This document shows, piece by piece, positions 1 to 9,537 of a DNA stretch of 64,000 nt (position 1 is its first letter; every line of letters starts with the position of its first letter). Source of the DNA: Deltaproteobacteria bacterium. Lineage in GTDB: Bacteria > Myxococcota > Myxococcia > SLRQ01. The position numbers and the translations under genes were made by a program. The notes under the pieces are model-generated. The model was not told where the DNA came from, did not search any database, and saw only the letters and a list, made by a program, of their open reading frames with translations. The DNA is taken from positions 20,236-84,235 of the forward strand of contig SLRQ01000020.1 of the NCBI GenBank assembly GCA_007130885.1, in the 5' to 3' direction.

Positions 1-907
1 CCCAAGAAGCTCGTTTTTCCAGGGTTCCGAGGACCCGGCCGGCGTCCTGCTCGGTGCAAAGCGCCAGCATGCAGCCTCCGCCGCCTGCTCCAGTGAGCTT
101 CGCTCCCAGGGCGCCGGCGTCCAACGCCGCGGTTACCATAGTGTCCAGCTCGACGGTGGATACGCCCAGGCGCGAAAGAATCCGGTGAGCCTCGCACATT
201 GCTTCTCCGAGCGCGCTCGGATCACCCGAGTCCAAGGCGTTCGCACCAGCGAGTGCTAGATCCCCGAGGCGTGCGCGCATGCGCCGTACATGAGTATCGA
301 CAGAGCAAAGCTCGACGACCTTTCGGATCATCTCTACCGCGGGAGGCCGCTCCCCCGAAAGTGCAACTACTATCTCTAAAGGTGACCGAATATGAACTCT
401 TCCGAGGCCTTGACCGCGCTGGAACAGACCAACGCCGCCTTGGGCCACGGCCGCGGCGTCTATGCCCGAGGGCTTGCCATGGAAGACGGCTTCCGAGCTG
501 GAAGCAAGGGCAGTGAGCGTTTCTAGGTCCAGGATGTTCGATCGACCCGCACGTAGCGCAAGCAAGCGTATGACGCAGATTGCCAGGGAGGCCGAGGAGC
601 CAAGCCCGGCGCGGGGAGGTACCGCCGCCCATACCGCTATCCGGCGGGCCCGGTCACACGATGTCAGACCTTTATCGGCCAGTGCCCTGTCTAGCGCCTC
701 CAGTGCTCTTGGTGCGATGTCGCCCTCGGAGTCAGCGGTTGCCTCCAGTTCCCATGGAGAGATCGACACCGTCAGCCGTTCCGCCGGCCCTTCATCCACG
801 GCTGTCATGCCCGCGGGAAGACCGGCCACCAGAGCCGGGTATCCACCCACAACGGCGTGTTCTCCGATCAGGATGACCTTGCTGTCCGCTCGTGCTTCTT
901 GATTCAC
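1..907 (-). CDS. mvk: Mevalonate kinase (GHMP family), 3' end truncated by the window edge
   Basis: Absent from the ORF track. Manual translation from GTG at 907 is open to position 1 and gives KVILIGEHAVVGGYPAL, PPRAGLGSSASL, FHGKPSGIDAA and GAKLTGAGGGGCMLAL, the mevalonate-kinase/GHMP motifs. The frame is also open upstream of 907, so the start is uncertain. Confidence 0.9.
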   Translation of the reverse strand, partial: MNQEARADSKVILIGEHAVVGGYPALVAGLPAGMTAVDEGPAERLTVSISPWELEATADSEGDIAPRALEALDRALADKGLTSCDRARRIAVWAAVPPRAGLGSSASLAICVIRLLALRAGRSNILDLETLTALASSSEAVFHGKPSGIDAAAVAQGGVGLFQRGQGLGRVHIRSPLEIVVALSGERPPAVEMIRKVVELCSVDTHVRRMRARLGDLALAGANALDSGDPSALGEAMCEAHRILSRLGVSTVELDTMVTAALDAGALGAKLTGAGGGGCMLALCTEQDAGRVLGTLEKRASW

Positions 908-1091
908 GCGATTAGTCTCAGGGGCTTTGGCCGACCGGGGCAGTGCTTCGTCCCATTTTCGAGCTATTGCAGCAACCGTATTGGGTGAGAAACCATTTCA
1001 AATGTGCTCTTTGTCCCGGAGCCGAGAAAGAACCCTTGCCGGGGCTTACACGGCGCCATACGAGGAGTAATGGCAACCTTTGGGGGAAAAA

Positions 1092-1460
1092 ATGAGCGAA
1101 CCGGGAACCGAGACGCAGGCAATTGGGAGCGAGGCTAGAAGTTGGGCTCTTGGAGCCCATTTGTCCGCCTTGGTGGGGATCGTCATACCATTTGGCAACA
1201 TCATCGCACCCTTGGTGATCTGGCTCACCAAGAAAGAAGCTGATCCCTTCATAGACGATCAAGCCAAAGAGGCGTTGAACTTCAACATATCGGTGGCAAT
1301 ATATGCGATCGCCGCGGGTGTGCTGACGGTCATCCTCATAGGCTTCTTGCTGCTGGCGGCCGTGTTGATCTTTTGGGTAGTGATGCTCGTCATTGCTGCG
1401 GTCCGATCCAATAACGGCGAACGCTTCCGCTATCCCTTGTCGATTCGATTCATCAAGTAA
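1092..1460 (+). CDS. DUF4870 (Tic20-like) small membrane protein
   Basis: WALGAHLS...PFGNIIAPLVIWLTKK...DQAKEALNFNIS...RYPLSIRFIK; three hydrophobic segments. Confidence 0.85.
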   Translation: MSEPGTETQAIGSEARSWALGAHLSALVGIVIPFGNIIAPLVIWLTKKEADPFIDDQAKEALNFNISVAIYAIAAGVLTVILIGFLLLAAVLIFWVVMLVIAAVRSNNGERFRYPLSIRFIK

Positions 1461-1510
1461 GGGTGAGAGGCGGGGCTTATTTCACGATTAGCTCACCGGA
1501 GGTCAGCGCT

Positions 1511-3088
1511 CTATCGGGTGTGGAAGGCGGCGCTTATGGCGCCCATGGCATATCCGGTGGCCTCTCGGTTTTGGAACTCCACGTTGAAGTATGGTTGCAA
1601 CTCTAGTGGAAGGTAGATCGAGCCCAAGGACTCCTGTGCGGCCGGCATGCACCAAGCCTTCCACCTCTCCCAACGGGAAGGATCGCACAGTGAGGGATCT
1701 ACGAATATTGGGTCCAGGTCCAGGGCCGTTGAGAGGTCGGTGAGCACTCCGGCTAGAGAGTCCATACGATCCCCCGCCTCCCCTTCCGGGAAGGTCATGA
1801 GGGCACTGCGTGCCGGCTCGAACCATTCCGGATAATTGTCGGGAAGCGGGGTCACCACCACCGCATGCAGCCATCCGCCGTCAGACGGCGGAGTCCATAG
1901 GTAGGTTCCCTGGTCGTCGTTCGTTTCGAGATCGATAACCGTGATGTCGGGCTCCGGCAGTGTAGGATCGACCACGCCCTCCACCAAGCGGAGAAGGCCA
2001 CCTTTCGCTCTGGTGACTCGCCACGACACTTCCACCTCCGTCGAGCCGGAAGGAAGCGCGGCGCCCATGGGGTACTTCTTGCTTCCGACTCGCGCTTCGA
2101 GAAGCACCTGTGGTCCTTGAGGTGAGTGAGATATGAAGGTCTCGCCCGCACGGATGCCGTTTAGTATGCCGGCTACGTCGTGGCTGGTTGCCCGGACGTA
2201 GGTGGTCGGAATACCGGCGGGGAAGACGAAATGGCGGTCACCGCCTCCTACCGGCGGAACATGTACTCCCAGAGACAACCAAGCCTGCCAAAATCTAAGT
2301 GCCTGCTCATTGTTGCCTCCGCCCTTGTGCTCCACGGCCGCTCTCACCGCCGGGTTCTCCGCTCCCCACCGCTCGACGCGCGCCTCGAGCTGCTCCACGG
2401 TGCTTTCGGGTCGAGTCAGGGTCCACATGGCGTTCCACACCTCGATGGCGTCGAAGTTCTCGACGGGGATTGTCCAAAGGCGACTATCGAGAGGATGAGC
2501 GGGAGAGAAGAGGGCTCCGCGGGCATGCGCCTCCGCGATGGAATCGGCTACGCGCTCTATCTTGGATTCATCGCCCAGGGGGTTGTGCGGGATGTCTTGC
2601 TCGACACCCCAGATGCAGGCATGAAGCGGTCCCCCCCACTCCGTGCCGCAGACGGGTATCAGGTAATCATGGCCGAAGTCCGGGTCGTAGCATCCCGAGA
2701 CGGTGCGGTGGTCGGTGACGGCGTAGAAATGGAGATGGTCATCCTCGTATCCGCGGTTGCGCTTCACCCAGGCCGGGTCTCGCCATGCATCCGCTACGGC
2801 CAGCGTGGTTGCTATGCCATCGACTCCGTCCGAGTGTGTAGTGTGGCCATGCAGATCGCCCCGAAGCCAGCCCTCCTCGATGGTGGCGGTTCCGGGCCCG
2901 GTCTCCGTGCAAGCCGAAAGCATACCGGTGAGCAAGGAGACTGCAATCCACGGCCGGCAAACAGATGATCGTGGAACTCGGAGCCCGCTGGCGGCCGAGA
3001 GCGGTGGGGAAGGCGTACCGGCGGGTGCTTTGGGCATATGCGACTTTTTCCAAAAATTCATCCAGTGTTCCTTGCCCTCCCACATCAT
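1511..3088 (-). CDS. PHP-domain metallohydrolase (CehA/McbA-like), predicted lipoprotein
   Basis: LRGDLHGHTTHSDG, TDH, AHP, IEVWN and GGDRH metal ligands; lipobox-like LLTGMLSAC. Start may be the ATG at 3037. Confidence 0.8.
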   Translation of the reverse strand: MMWEGKEHWMNFWKKSHMPKAPAGTPSPPLSAASGLRVPRSSVCRPWIAVSLLTGMLSACTETGPGTATIEEGWLRGDLHGHTTHSDGVDGIATTLAVADAWRDPAWVKRNRGYEDDHLHFYAVTDHRTVSGCYDPDFGHDYLIPVCGTEWGGPLHACIWGVEQDIPHNPLGDESKIERVADSIAEAHARGALFSPAHPLDSRLWTIPVENFDAIEVWNAMWTLTRPESTVEQLEARVERWGAENPAVRAAVEHKGGGNNEQALRFWQAWLSLGVHVPPVGGGDRHFVFPAGIPTTYVRATSHDVAGILNGIRAGETFISHSPQGPQVLLEARVGSKKYPMGAALPSGSTEVEVSWRVTRAKGGLLRLVEGVVDPTLPEPDITVIDLETNDDQGTYLWTPPSDGGWLHAVVVTPLPDNYPEWFEPARSALMTFPEGEAGDRMDSLAGVLTDLSTALDLDPIFVDPSLCDPSRWERWKAWCMPAAQESLGSIYLPLELQPYFNVEFQNREATGYAMGAISAAFHTR

Positions 3089-3298
3089 CGGAGCACCGAC
3101 ACTGTGCGCACCGGCGGAGGCGGCGGGAGAAGAAGTTCAGTGACAGCTCACCGTAGGATATCGGCCTGGACTGCCTTGTTCAATATGGCGGGTACCTGAA
3201 AGATCCCCGCCGTCTCCGGGTCTGCTCGAAACCCTTCGATGATGAGGGGGTAGGGGCGACTGGCAGCGATGAGCGGCTCGCCCTTGCGGGGCTACTGA

Positions 3299-3820
3299 TC
3301 AAGTCATCAACTGCTCGAAGACTTGCTTGTCTTCTTCCGAGTGGAGAACGAACCGTATGAGCTTGATGTTTCGTAGTTTGGGGGCGGACGCTTCCACCGT
3401 CTCCAGCGCTATGGAAGCAGCTTCCTTTATTGGATAGCCAAAGGCTCCGGCGGATATAGCGGGAAACGCGATGGATCGGCCGCAGTGCTCGTCGGCCAAC
3501 TCCAACGCATTCCGGTAGCAAGAAGCGAGGAGCTCGGCCGCGGGCTCGTCTCTTCCGTACACGGGACCCAGACAGTGGACCACAAAACGGTTTGGTAACT
3601 CGAAGGCCTCCGTTATCACGGCTTGCCCGGGGTCGATTGGTGCGAGAGGCCGACACGCTTCGGCCAGCTCGGGTCCGGCAGCCCGGTGTAACGCGCCCGC
3701 CACTCCTCCTCCCGGCATCAACTGAGCGTTCGCGGCGTTCACGACGACGTCGATTTCGGCTTGTGCGGCGATATCGCCCACCACTAATTCGACCGCAACC
3801 TTACCAATTTGCTTCTTCAT
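3299..3820 (-). CDS. Macro-domain protein (O-acetyl-ADP-ribose deacetylase, YmdB-like)
   Basis: GDIA...DVVVNAAN...GGGVAGALHRAAG, VHCLGPVY, SIAFPAISAGAFGYP. Confidence 0.92.
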   Translation of the reverse strand: MKKQIGKVAVELVVGDIAAQAEIDVVVNAANAQLMPGGGVAGALHRAAGPELAEACRPLAPIDPGQAVITEAFELPNRFVVHCLGPVYGRDEPAAELLASCYRNALELADEHCGRSIAFPAISAGAFGYPIKEAASIALETVEASAPKLRNIKLIRFVLHSEEDKQVFEQLMT

Positions 3821-3881
3821 GACGCTCTCCACTAGCTCTCACTGGATGGCTTACGGTTTAATATGACTGCATTCGGAACGT

Positions 3882-4709
3882 TCATTTCAACAAGGATCTT
3901 ACCGAGGCGGCCGTTTTCGGGTTCCCCCAAAGATCATTGTGTCCGATCCCTTCGAGTAAGAGCAGCTTTGCTCGGGGTCCCAGAGCCTCCGCCAGATCCT
4001 TGGCGTGGTCGACGTCGATTATCAAGTCGTCTGTACCATGCACAATGACTACCGGTGCGGGTATATCGTGCAGCAGTGCCTCGGTATCGTATCGGTCCTG
4101 AATGGCCCAACCGACGCGAACCATTGGGACGTGATCATCGAACACGCGTGCTATGGAGGTGTACGGTGACAAGAGGGCCAAGCCTCGGGCGGGTCTTTCT
4201 TTGCGTGCCAAGGCAGCCGCAAGATGAGCGGCTATGCCGCTACCTAGGGACTGACCCACGAGGACGAGGTTTCTAGGCTCCACCCCGTGCTCGTTCTCCA
4301 GCCAATCCGCCACTATCTCGGCGTCATGAAGTAGGCCGGCTTCGGTCGGTGTGCCCGTCGACCCATCGTAGCCCCTGTAGGCGAACACCGCCAGGCCGAA
4401 TCCATTGCCATCGTCGATCAGGTTGAGCGCCCACTGGCTGCTTCCAAGGTCCATGGCGTTTCCCCCAAAGAATAGCGCCCACGGACGTCCCGGGTCAGAC
4501 GGCGGTCTGACCAACCCCACAAGTCTTATCTCCGAGGTGGCCTGAACGGACGCTACTTTCCAGCGCTCCATTCGCGCGAGCCGTTCGACCTGTTCGGAGT
4601 CTAGGAAGGTCGGATAATAGAGAAAGGAGCGAAACATTACAGCGGCAAGTAGCATGGGGCCGGCTGCGAGCGCCAGCGTCAAAAAGAGCAGTCTCACCAG
4701 CCAGCGCAT
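3882..4709 (-). CDS. Membrane-anchored alpha/beta hydrolase (YfhR/ABHD13-like)
   Basis: N-terminal TM, FFGGNA, YRGYDGS, nucleophile elbow GQSLG, HGTDD, GHND. Confidence 0.88.
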   Translation of the reverse strand: MRWLVRLLFLTLALAAGPMLLAAVMFRSFLYYPTFLDSEQVERLARMERWKVASVQATSEIRLVGLVRPPSDPGRPWALFFGGNAMDLGSSQWALNLIDDGNGFGLAVFAYRGYDGSTGTPTEAGLLHDAEIVADWLENEHGVEPRNLVLVGQSLGSGIAAHLAAALARKERPARGLALLSPYTSIARVFDDHVPMVRVGWAIQDRYDTEALLHDIPAPVVIVHGTDDLIIDVDHAKDLAEALGPRAKLLLLEGIGHNDLWGNPKTAASVRSLLK

Positions 4710-4873
4710 GTCGAGATATTGCAGGTTGGGCTCGTTCTATTCCGGATCAGGGCGGGCCCCGGGAGTCTTTTTGTGGACGGCATTCGCGCCGGCGTTGCAA
4801 GGATTCTGTGGGACGTGTATCTCATCCATGCCGAGATCAGTCACCAATTTATTCATAGGAGGCGAATATAGCC

Positions 4874-5131
4874 ATGGAAATCGAGGCGCGTTTCAAGGAG
4901 GCACAGGAGCGAGTGCAGACGCTTGCTTCGCGGCCGGACAACTCTACTCTTCTCGAGCTGTACGCTTTGTACAAGCAAGGAAGCCAAGGAGATGTGCAAG
5001 GAAAAAGGCCCGGTATGCTTGATATGAAAGGCAGAGCCAAGTTCGATGCCTGGGCTTCCAAGAAAGGCACCTCCCCTCAAGAGGCCATGCGGAAGTACGT
5101 GGAGCTGGTGGAACGCCTGCTGGCGGGTTGA
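4874..5131 (+). CDS. Acyl-CoA-binding protein (ACBP)
   Basis: LLELYALYKQGSQGD...RAKFDAWASKKG...AMRKYVELV; RBS AGGAGG upstream. Confidence 0.93.
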   Translation: MEIEARFKEAQERVQTLASRPDNSTLLELYALYKQGSQGDVQGKRPGMLDMKGRAKFDAWASKKGTSPQEAMRKYVELVERLLAG

Positions 5132-5146
5132 CCGATCTCTTTACGG

Positions 5147-5695
5147 TCAATCGACATCCTCTATCTCTTCGCGAAGCAGTCTGCGAACCGCCGCGTGATC
5201 CTCGGGGTTCGTCTCCGCCGGAGGCCGATGCGAATTACCGTTGTTATCGGCTCCGTCATCTTTCCCATGGGAACGTGAGATTCTTCGGCCCAACGCTGTG
5301 AGAATCAGTGCACCCAAGCCGAGAAAGACCACGGGCAACAGGTACAGCAGTCCGTGAAATCCTGAAGGCGGCGGCTTTGACAAGATTCGCTTGCTGTAGA
5401 CATCGACGTATGACTGTATGATTTCTTCGGGCGTGTCACCGGCCGCGAGCCTTCTTCGTATCTTTGCCCTCATTTCATCGGCCAGCGTCGATTGGTGCGT
5501 TGCCAGCGTTTGGACCCAGCAGCAAGGGGCGACCAGGGCGCTTTCGATTCTAGAGGCATCGGCCTCTAGCTGCTCGAGGCTGGACTGTTGCCCATACTCT
5601 TCTTCGGCTGCAACCGGGACGGCGAATGCATGAGCCAGAAGTAGCGAGCCGAGCAAGAAGACTCTGAACCAATAATAGCGCGGTTCTAGCGTCAT
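5147..5695 (-). CDS. CcmH/NrfF-like cytochrome c biogenesis protein with a vicinal CC motif
   Basis: Signal peptide, LVAPCCWVQTLATHQSTLADEMRAKIRRRL...EEIIQSYVDVY...ILSKPP, then a TM helix. The ATG at 5695 overlaps the idi stop (ATGA). Confidence 0.75.
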   Translation of the reverse strand: MTLEPRYYWFRVFLLGSLLLAHAFAVPVAAEEEYGQQSSLEQLEADASRIESALVAPCCWVQTLATHQSTLADEMRAKIRRRLAAGDTPEEIIQSYVDVYSKRILSKPPPSGFHGLLYLLPVVFLGLGALILTALGRRISRSHGKDDGADNNGNSHRPPAETNPEDHAAVRRLLREEIEDVD

Positions 5696-6750
5696 CGTCC
5701 TTGTAATCGCCACCGCTCTAGGTTCGGCCCGATGATTCTGGTCGCGTCACGTAGAGCACCCGAGTTTGCAGAGCCCGTGAGAAGGCAGATGGCTCTAAAG
5801 GCGCCGATCATCTCTTCCAATAGGGAGCGGACTCCGGCCACGCCGCCATCGCGATATGCGGCGAGTACGGGTTGAGCCACCGCGCAGGCTGTTGCGCCGA
5901 GGCTGACAGCGCGTGCCATGTCGAGTCCGTCTCTGATGCCCCCGCCGGCGATCATGGTTAGAGGTAGATCCGATAGAAGACTCAAGGACGCGGCCGTTGG
6001 AATGCCCCACTCTCCGAGCACGTCGCCGATCTTCTCGGTGTGTTTTCCTTGCGCCGTTTGCCGCTCCTTTTCCACCTTGACCCATGAAGTACCGCCCGCA
6101 CCGCCTACCTCGACGTGGAGAACGCCCCTTCCAACTAGTGCTTCGGCTGCTTGACGCGACAGCCCACAGCCGGTCTCCTTCACTATGACTGGCACGGGGA
6201 GGATGCTTGCCAACTCGCCGGTAGTATCGACGCACCCGCGGAAGTCTCTGTCCCCATCCGCCTGTATTAGCTCGTGAGCAGGGTTGACATGAACAGCCAT
6301 CGCGTCCGCACCCACCGCATCGACCAGCCTGCTCACCTGGACTGGGTCCATCGCTCGCGCTTGTACCACGCCTATGTTCCCGACGATTAGAGCGTTTGGC
6401 GCTACGTCACGAACCTGGAAGCTCGACTCTGTTTCGGGTCGCTCCACCATGATTCGCTGACTTCCAAGACAAAACCCAATGCCCAAGGACGAGGCAAGTC
6501 CTGCTAGATCCTTGTTGATCCTGGCTGCTTCATTCGTGCCCCCGGTCATGGCGCCGATCATCAGTGGCGCCGAAAGCCGTCGACCGAAAAGCTCGATAGA
6601 TGTGTCTATTTCATCGAGCGAGAGCTCGGGCAGTCCTTGATGCACCAGCGTAACCTCGTCCAGCAGCGTAGTGGTCCTTGCAAAGCGTCCCCGTTCCGAG
6701 GAGGCGATTTCAATATGCGACTTCTTACGATTGTGGATGTCGTCGCTCAT
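5692..6750 (-). CDS. fni: Type 2 (FMN-dependent) isopentenyl-diphosphate delta-isomerase
   Basis: RKKSHI, IGAMTGG, LGSQR, HVNPAHE...GDRDF, IVKETGCG, GAGGTSW, WGIPT, GGIRDG. Confidence 0.95.
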   Translation of the reverse strand: MSDDIHNRKKSHIEIASSERGRFARTTTLLDEVTLVHQGLPELSLDEIDTSIELFGRRLSAPLMIGAMTGGTNEAARINKDLAGLASSLGIGFCLGSQRIMVERPETESSFQVRDVAPNALIVGNIGVVQARAMDPVQVSRLVDAVGADAMAVHVNPAHELIQADGDRDFRGCVDTTGELASILPVPVIVKETGCGLSRQAAEALVGRGVLHVEVGGAGGTSWVKVEKERQTAQGKHTEKIGDVLGEWGIPTAASLSLLSDLPLTMIAGGGIRDGLDMARAVSLGATACAVAQPVLAAYRDGGVAGVRSLLEEMIGAFRAICLLTGSANSGALRDATRIIGPNLERWRLQGR

Positions 6751-7784
6751 TACTGTCGCTCTGTCTCGAGACCCTCTTTCTTCAAGAGGTGGATGATGCT
6801 GTCCTCGCCTGCTAGATGTCCGGCTCCAACTATCACGAAATGGGTGCGTCCACTGGCAAGATACTGGGTTATTTTCTCCGCCATCTCGATGTTGCGCCGC
6901 GTGAACAGCACCTCATCCAGTGCCGCCAGCTCCGGATGCTGTTCGCGGCTCTGTTGGCGTAGCTTCGCTATGGCTTCGACGTCTCCCGCTCTCCAGGCCT
7001 CCACGATCCGACGAATCTCGGAGAGAGCGTCCGCTGTCTCTGCCAGCGCCTGCCGGAGGAAGAGCACTTCCAGGTTCTCGGACATATCCGAGAAGACCTC
7101 CAGCTGACGGGCGATCCCCTCAATCTCGATGACCTCTCTATCTCCCGCCCGCTCTATGAAGTGATGTTCGATCCCCCATTTCGGATCGAGTCCGGCCTGC
7201 TGGGCGGCCATGTTGGTGAGGAACATTGCCACGAACCATGGTCGCATGTTTTCGAGAAGAGCGATGTCGATGCCCAGCTTGCGAAGACGTGACGCGGCCA
7301 GGTGATACAGATCCTTGGGGAGGCGCTTCGACAGCCCGTCCCCGGGGGACAACATGGCAGAGCCCTGCATCATCTTTTGGATGGCTGCGGGATCGACGTT
7401 CACCATGTCGGCCTCCACGGCAAGCACCTTCGAGTCGTTGAATGCTTCTTTCACTGAATCCGGCAGAGGGTAAATCGACTCGTCGGCAAGATGGATCGAG
7501 CCGAGCAGCCAGAGCCGCCCTCCCTCGTCATCTGAAACCCGCCAGAGGATGGCGCGAGTAGCCGGCCCAGAGGAGCTCTCGTTCGTAATGTCCTCGGCCA
7601 TAAGAGGCCAAGTAGCCAGAAGAGCGAAAAACAACAGGGATGCGCCGGCAAGCAAAGCTATGGCCTTGCACGCCAACGCTGTCTTGTTTCTTCCGAATGG
7701 TAGGCGGTTTGTCACTGATGATGCTCCATGGAAAGGGCCGTTTTCTCGCGCAATCCTCCGTAAGGTACCATAGGTCTGATTCAT
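6750..7784 (-). CDS. TraB/GumN family periplasmic protein
   Basis: LWLLGSIH, RNIEMAEKI, FVIVGAGHLAG; its stop overlaps the fni start (TAATG). Confidence 0.88.
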   Translation of the reverse strand: MNQTYGTLRRIARENGPFHGASSVTNRLPFGRNKTALACKAIALLAGASLLFFALLATWPLMAEDITNESSSGPATRAILWRVSDDEGGRLWLLGSIHLADESIYPLPDSVKEAFNDSKVLAVEADMVNVDPAAIQKMMQGSAMLSPGDGLSKRLPKDLYHLAASRLRKLGIDIALLENMRPWFVAMFLTNMAAQQAGLDPKWGIEHHFIERAGDREVIEIEGIARQLEVFSDMSENLEVLFLRQALAETADALSEIRRIVEAWRAGDVEAIAKLRQQSREQHPELAALDEVLFTRRNIEMAEKITQYLASGRTHFVIVGAGHLAGEDSIIHLLKKEGLETERQ

Positions 7785-7969
7785 TCATTCACCTGCACAA
7801 AGGCTCTACTAATGAGGCGGGGCATATTAGTTCTCTTGCAGTCGGTGTCCCCACCCCCTATCTTCGTGCATCGCGCTTCTCGGCGAAGACTTTCGAAACT
7901 CTGGGCGTTCATGACGCGCAGCAAACCCATAAGAGACTGTCGAGGCACCACCTCGATGACGGATACGCA

Positions 7970-9169
7970 ATGAAAAGCACACTCCCACAAGATGTCGTCT
8001 TCCTTTCCGGGAAACGTACCCCTTTTGGATCATACGGAGGATCGCTCCGGGACAAGTCGACTACCGATATTGCGGTTCACGCCGGCAGATCGGCGATAGA
8101 GCAAGCGGGCGTCGATAACGAGGAGATTGATCACATCGTGATTGGCAATGTCAGCCAGACCAGTGAAGGTGCTGCGTATCTGGCTCGCCATGTGGGTTTG
8201 TACTGTGAGATTCCGATTGAGAAGCCTGCGTACACGGTCGGCAGGCTTTGCGGATCAGGTTTCCAGGGCCTGGTCAGTGCCGCGCAGGAGATTCTGCTGG
8301 ACCGTGCCGATGTCGTTCTAACTGGAGGCGCGGAGTCGATGAGCCAGGCGCCGCACCTGGTCCGAGGTGCAAGGTGGGGCATTCCGCTTGGGAAAGGTGA
8401 CCTCGAGGACAGCCTCTGGACGACTCTTCAAGATCCGTACTGCAAGCTGCCCATGGGAATCACGGCCGAGAACCTGGCCGAGATGTATGAGATTAATCAA
8501 GATATGGTCGATGAGTACTCGGTCCGATCCCAGCATGCCTGGGCGGCCGCGAACGAGGCTGGAAGGTTCAAGAATGAGATCGCCCCGCTGGAGCTTCCAG
8601 GCCGTAAACGGGGGGAGACCAGGATATTCGATACAGACGAACATCCCAGGCCTCAAACTACGGTCGAGGGGCTCCGAAAGCTCCCCAAGGTGTTCAAGAA
8701 GGACGGAGTGGTACATGCGGGAGCGGCGAGCGGCATCTCGGACGGCGCCGCCATGATGGTGATGGCTGGCCGGGATTGGGCGGAAAGATCCGGTAAGACC
8801 CCGATTGGTCGCTTGCTGGGATGGTCGGCGGTGGGTGTGGATCCCACGATCATGGGTTTTGGCCCGGTGCCGGCGATACAGTCCTTGCTCCGGCAGACGG
8901 AGACCACCTTGGACGACTGGGATCTCGTGGAGGTGAACGAAGCCTTTGCCCCGCAGTACCTCGCCTGCGAAAAAGCCCTCGGGCTTGACCGTGACAAGAC
9001 CAACGTCGATGGTGGCGCCATAGCCATCGGTCATCCCGTGGGGGCCTCTGGAGCGCGAATCACCATGCACCTTCTCTATGCGCTCAAGGAACGCGGTCTG
9101 CGCTATGGAATCGGCTCCGCATGCATAGGAGGCGGGCAAGGAATGGCTGTAGCGCTCGAGGCGTTGTGA
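7970..9169 (+). CDS. Acetyl-CoA C-acetyltransferase (thiolase)
   Basis: RTPFG, RLCGSG (catalytic Cys), GGAESMS, EVNEAFA, GGAIAIGHPVGASG, SACIGGGQG. ATG 7970 is preferred over the track start at 7640. Confidence 0.95.
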   Translation: MKSTLPQDVVFLSGKRTPFGSYGGSLRDKSTTDIAVHAGRSAIEQAGVDNEEIDHIVIGNVSQTSEGAAYLARHVGLYCEIPIEKPAYTVGRLCGSGFQGLVSAAQEILLDRADVVLTGGAESMSQAPHLVRGARWGIPLGKGDLEDSLWTTLQDPYCKLPMGITAENLAEMYEINQDMVDEYSVRSQHAWAAANEAGRFKNEIAPLELPGRKRGETRIFDTDEHPRPQTTVEGLRKLPKVFKKDGVVHAGAASGISDGAAMMVMAGRDWAERSGKTPIGRLLGWSAVGVDPTIMGFGPVPAIQSLLRQTETTLDDWDLVEVNEAFAPQYLACEKALGLDRDKTNVDGGAIAIGHPVGASGARITMHLLYALKERGLRYGIGSACIGGGQGMAVALEAL

Positions 9170-9235
9170 TTTTACCTTAGTTCTTGAACTCGAAATCCAT
9201 CTTACGCGACGGGGGCTGAAGGAGGAGGAGTCCTG

Positions 9236-9448
9236 ATGGCAAGAGAGAACAGCTTCACTGGAGCCAAGGTGTTTTCGGCTACTCTGGCACGGGATAGGGA
9301 AACCTTGGGTGAGATGATCACCGCCTGGCTAAGAGAGCATCCCGATATAGAGATAGTTGACAAGGTGGTATCGCAGTCATCCGACCGCGAGTTTCACTGC
9401 CTGTCAATCGTTCTCTTCTTCAGAAGCAAGCAAGGACAAACGTCTTGA
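9236..9448 (+). CDS. Small hypothetical protein (70 aa)
   Basis: Strong RBS GAAGGAGGAGGAG; FTGAKVFSAT...LGEMITAWL...VVSQSSDREFHCLSIVLFF resembles a small conserved myxobacterial protein (from memory, not searched). Confidence 0.75.
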   Translation: MARENSFTGAKVFSATLARDRETLGEMITAWLREHPDIEIVDKVVSQSSDREFHCLSIVLFFRSKQGQTS

Positions 9449-9537
9449 ACACACATCGCACCGAGCCTCGATAGGTTGCGGTGGTTGCTTAGACTGTGAA
9501 TCCCACACACGGATCCGGGGGCAGAGGGCCCCTCAAC

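Noticed and set aside
3299-3820. Macrodomain as a DarG antitoxin or defence gene
   Set aside because: Short single-domain YmdB-like protein with no DarT or ADP-ribosyltransferase neighbour
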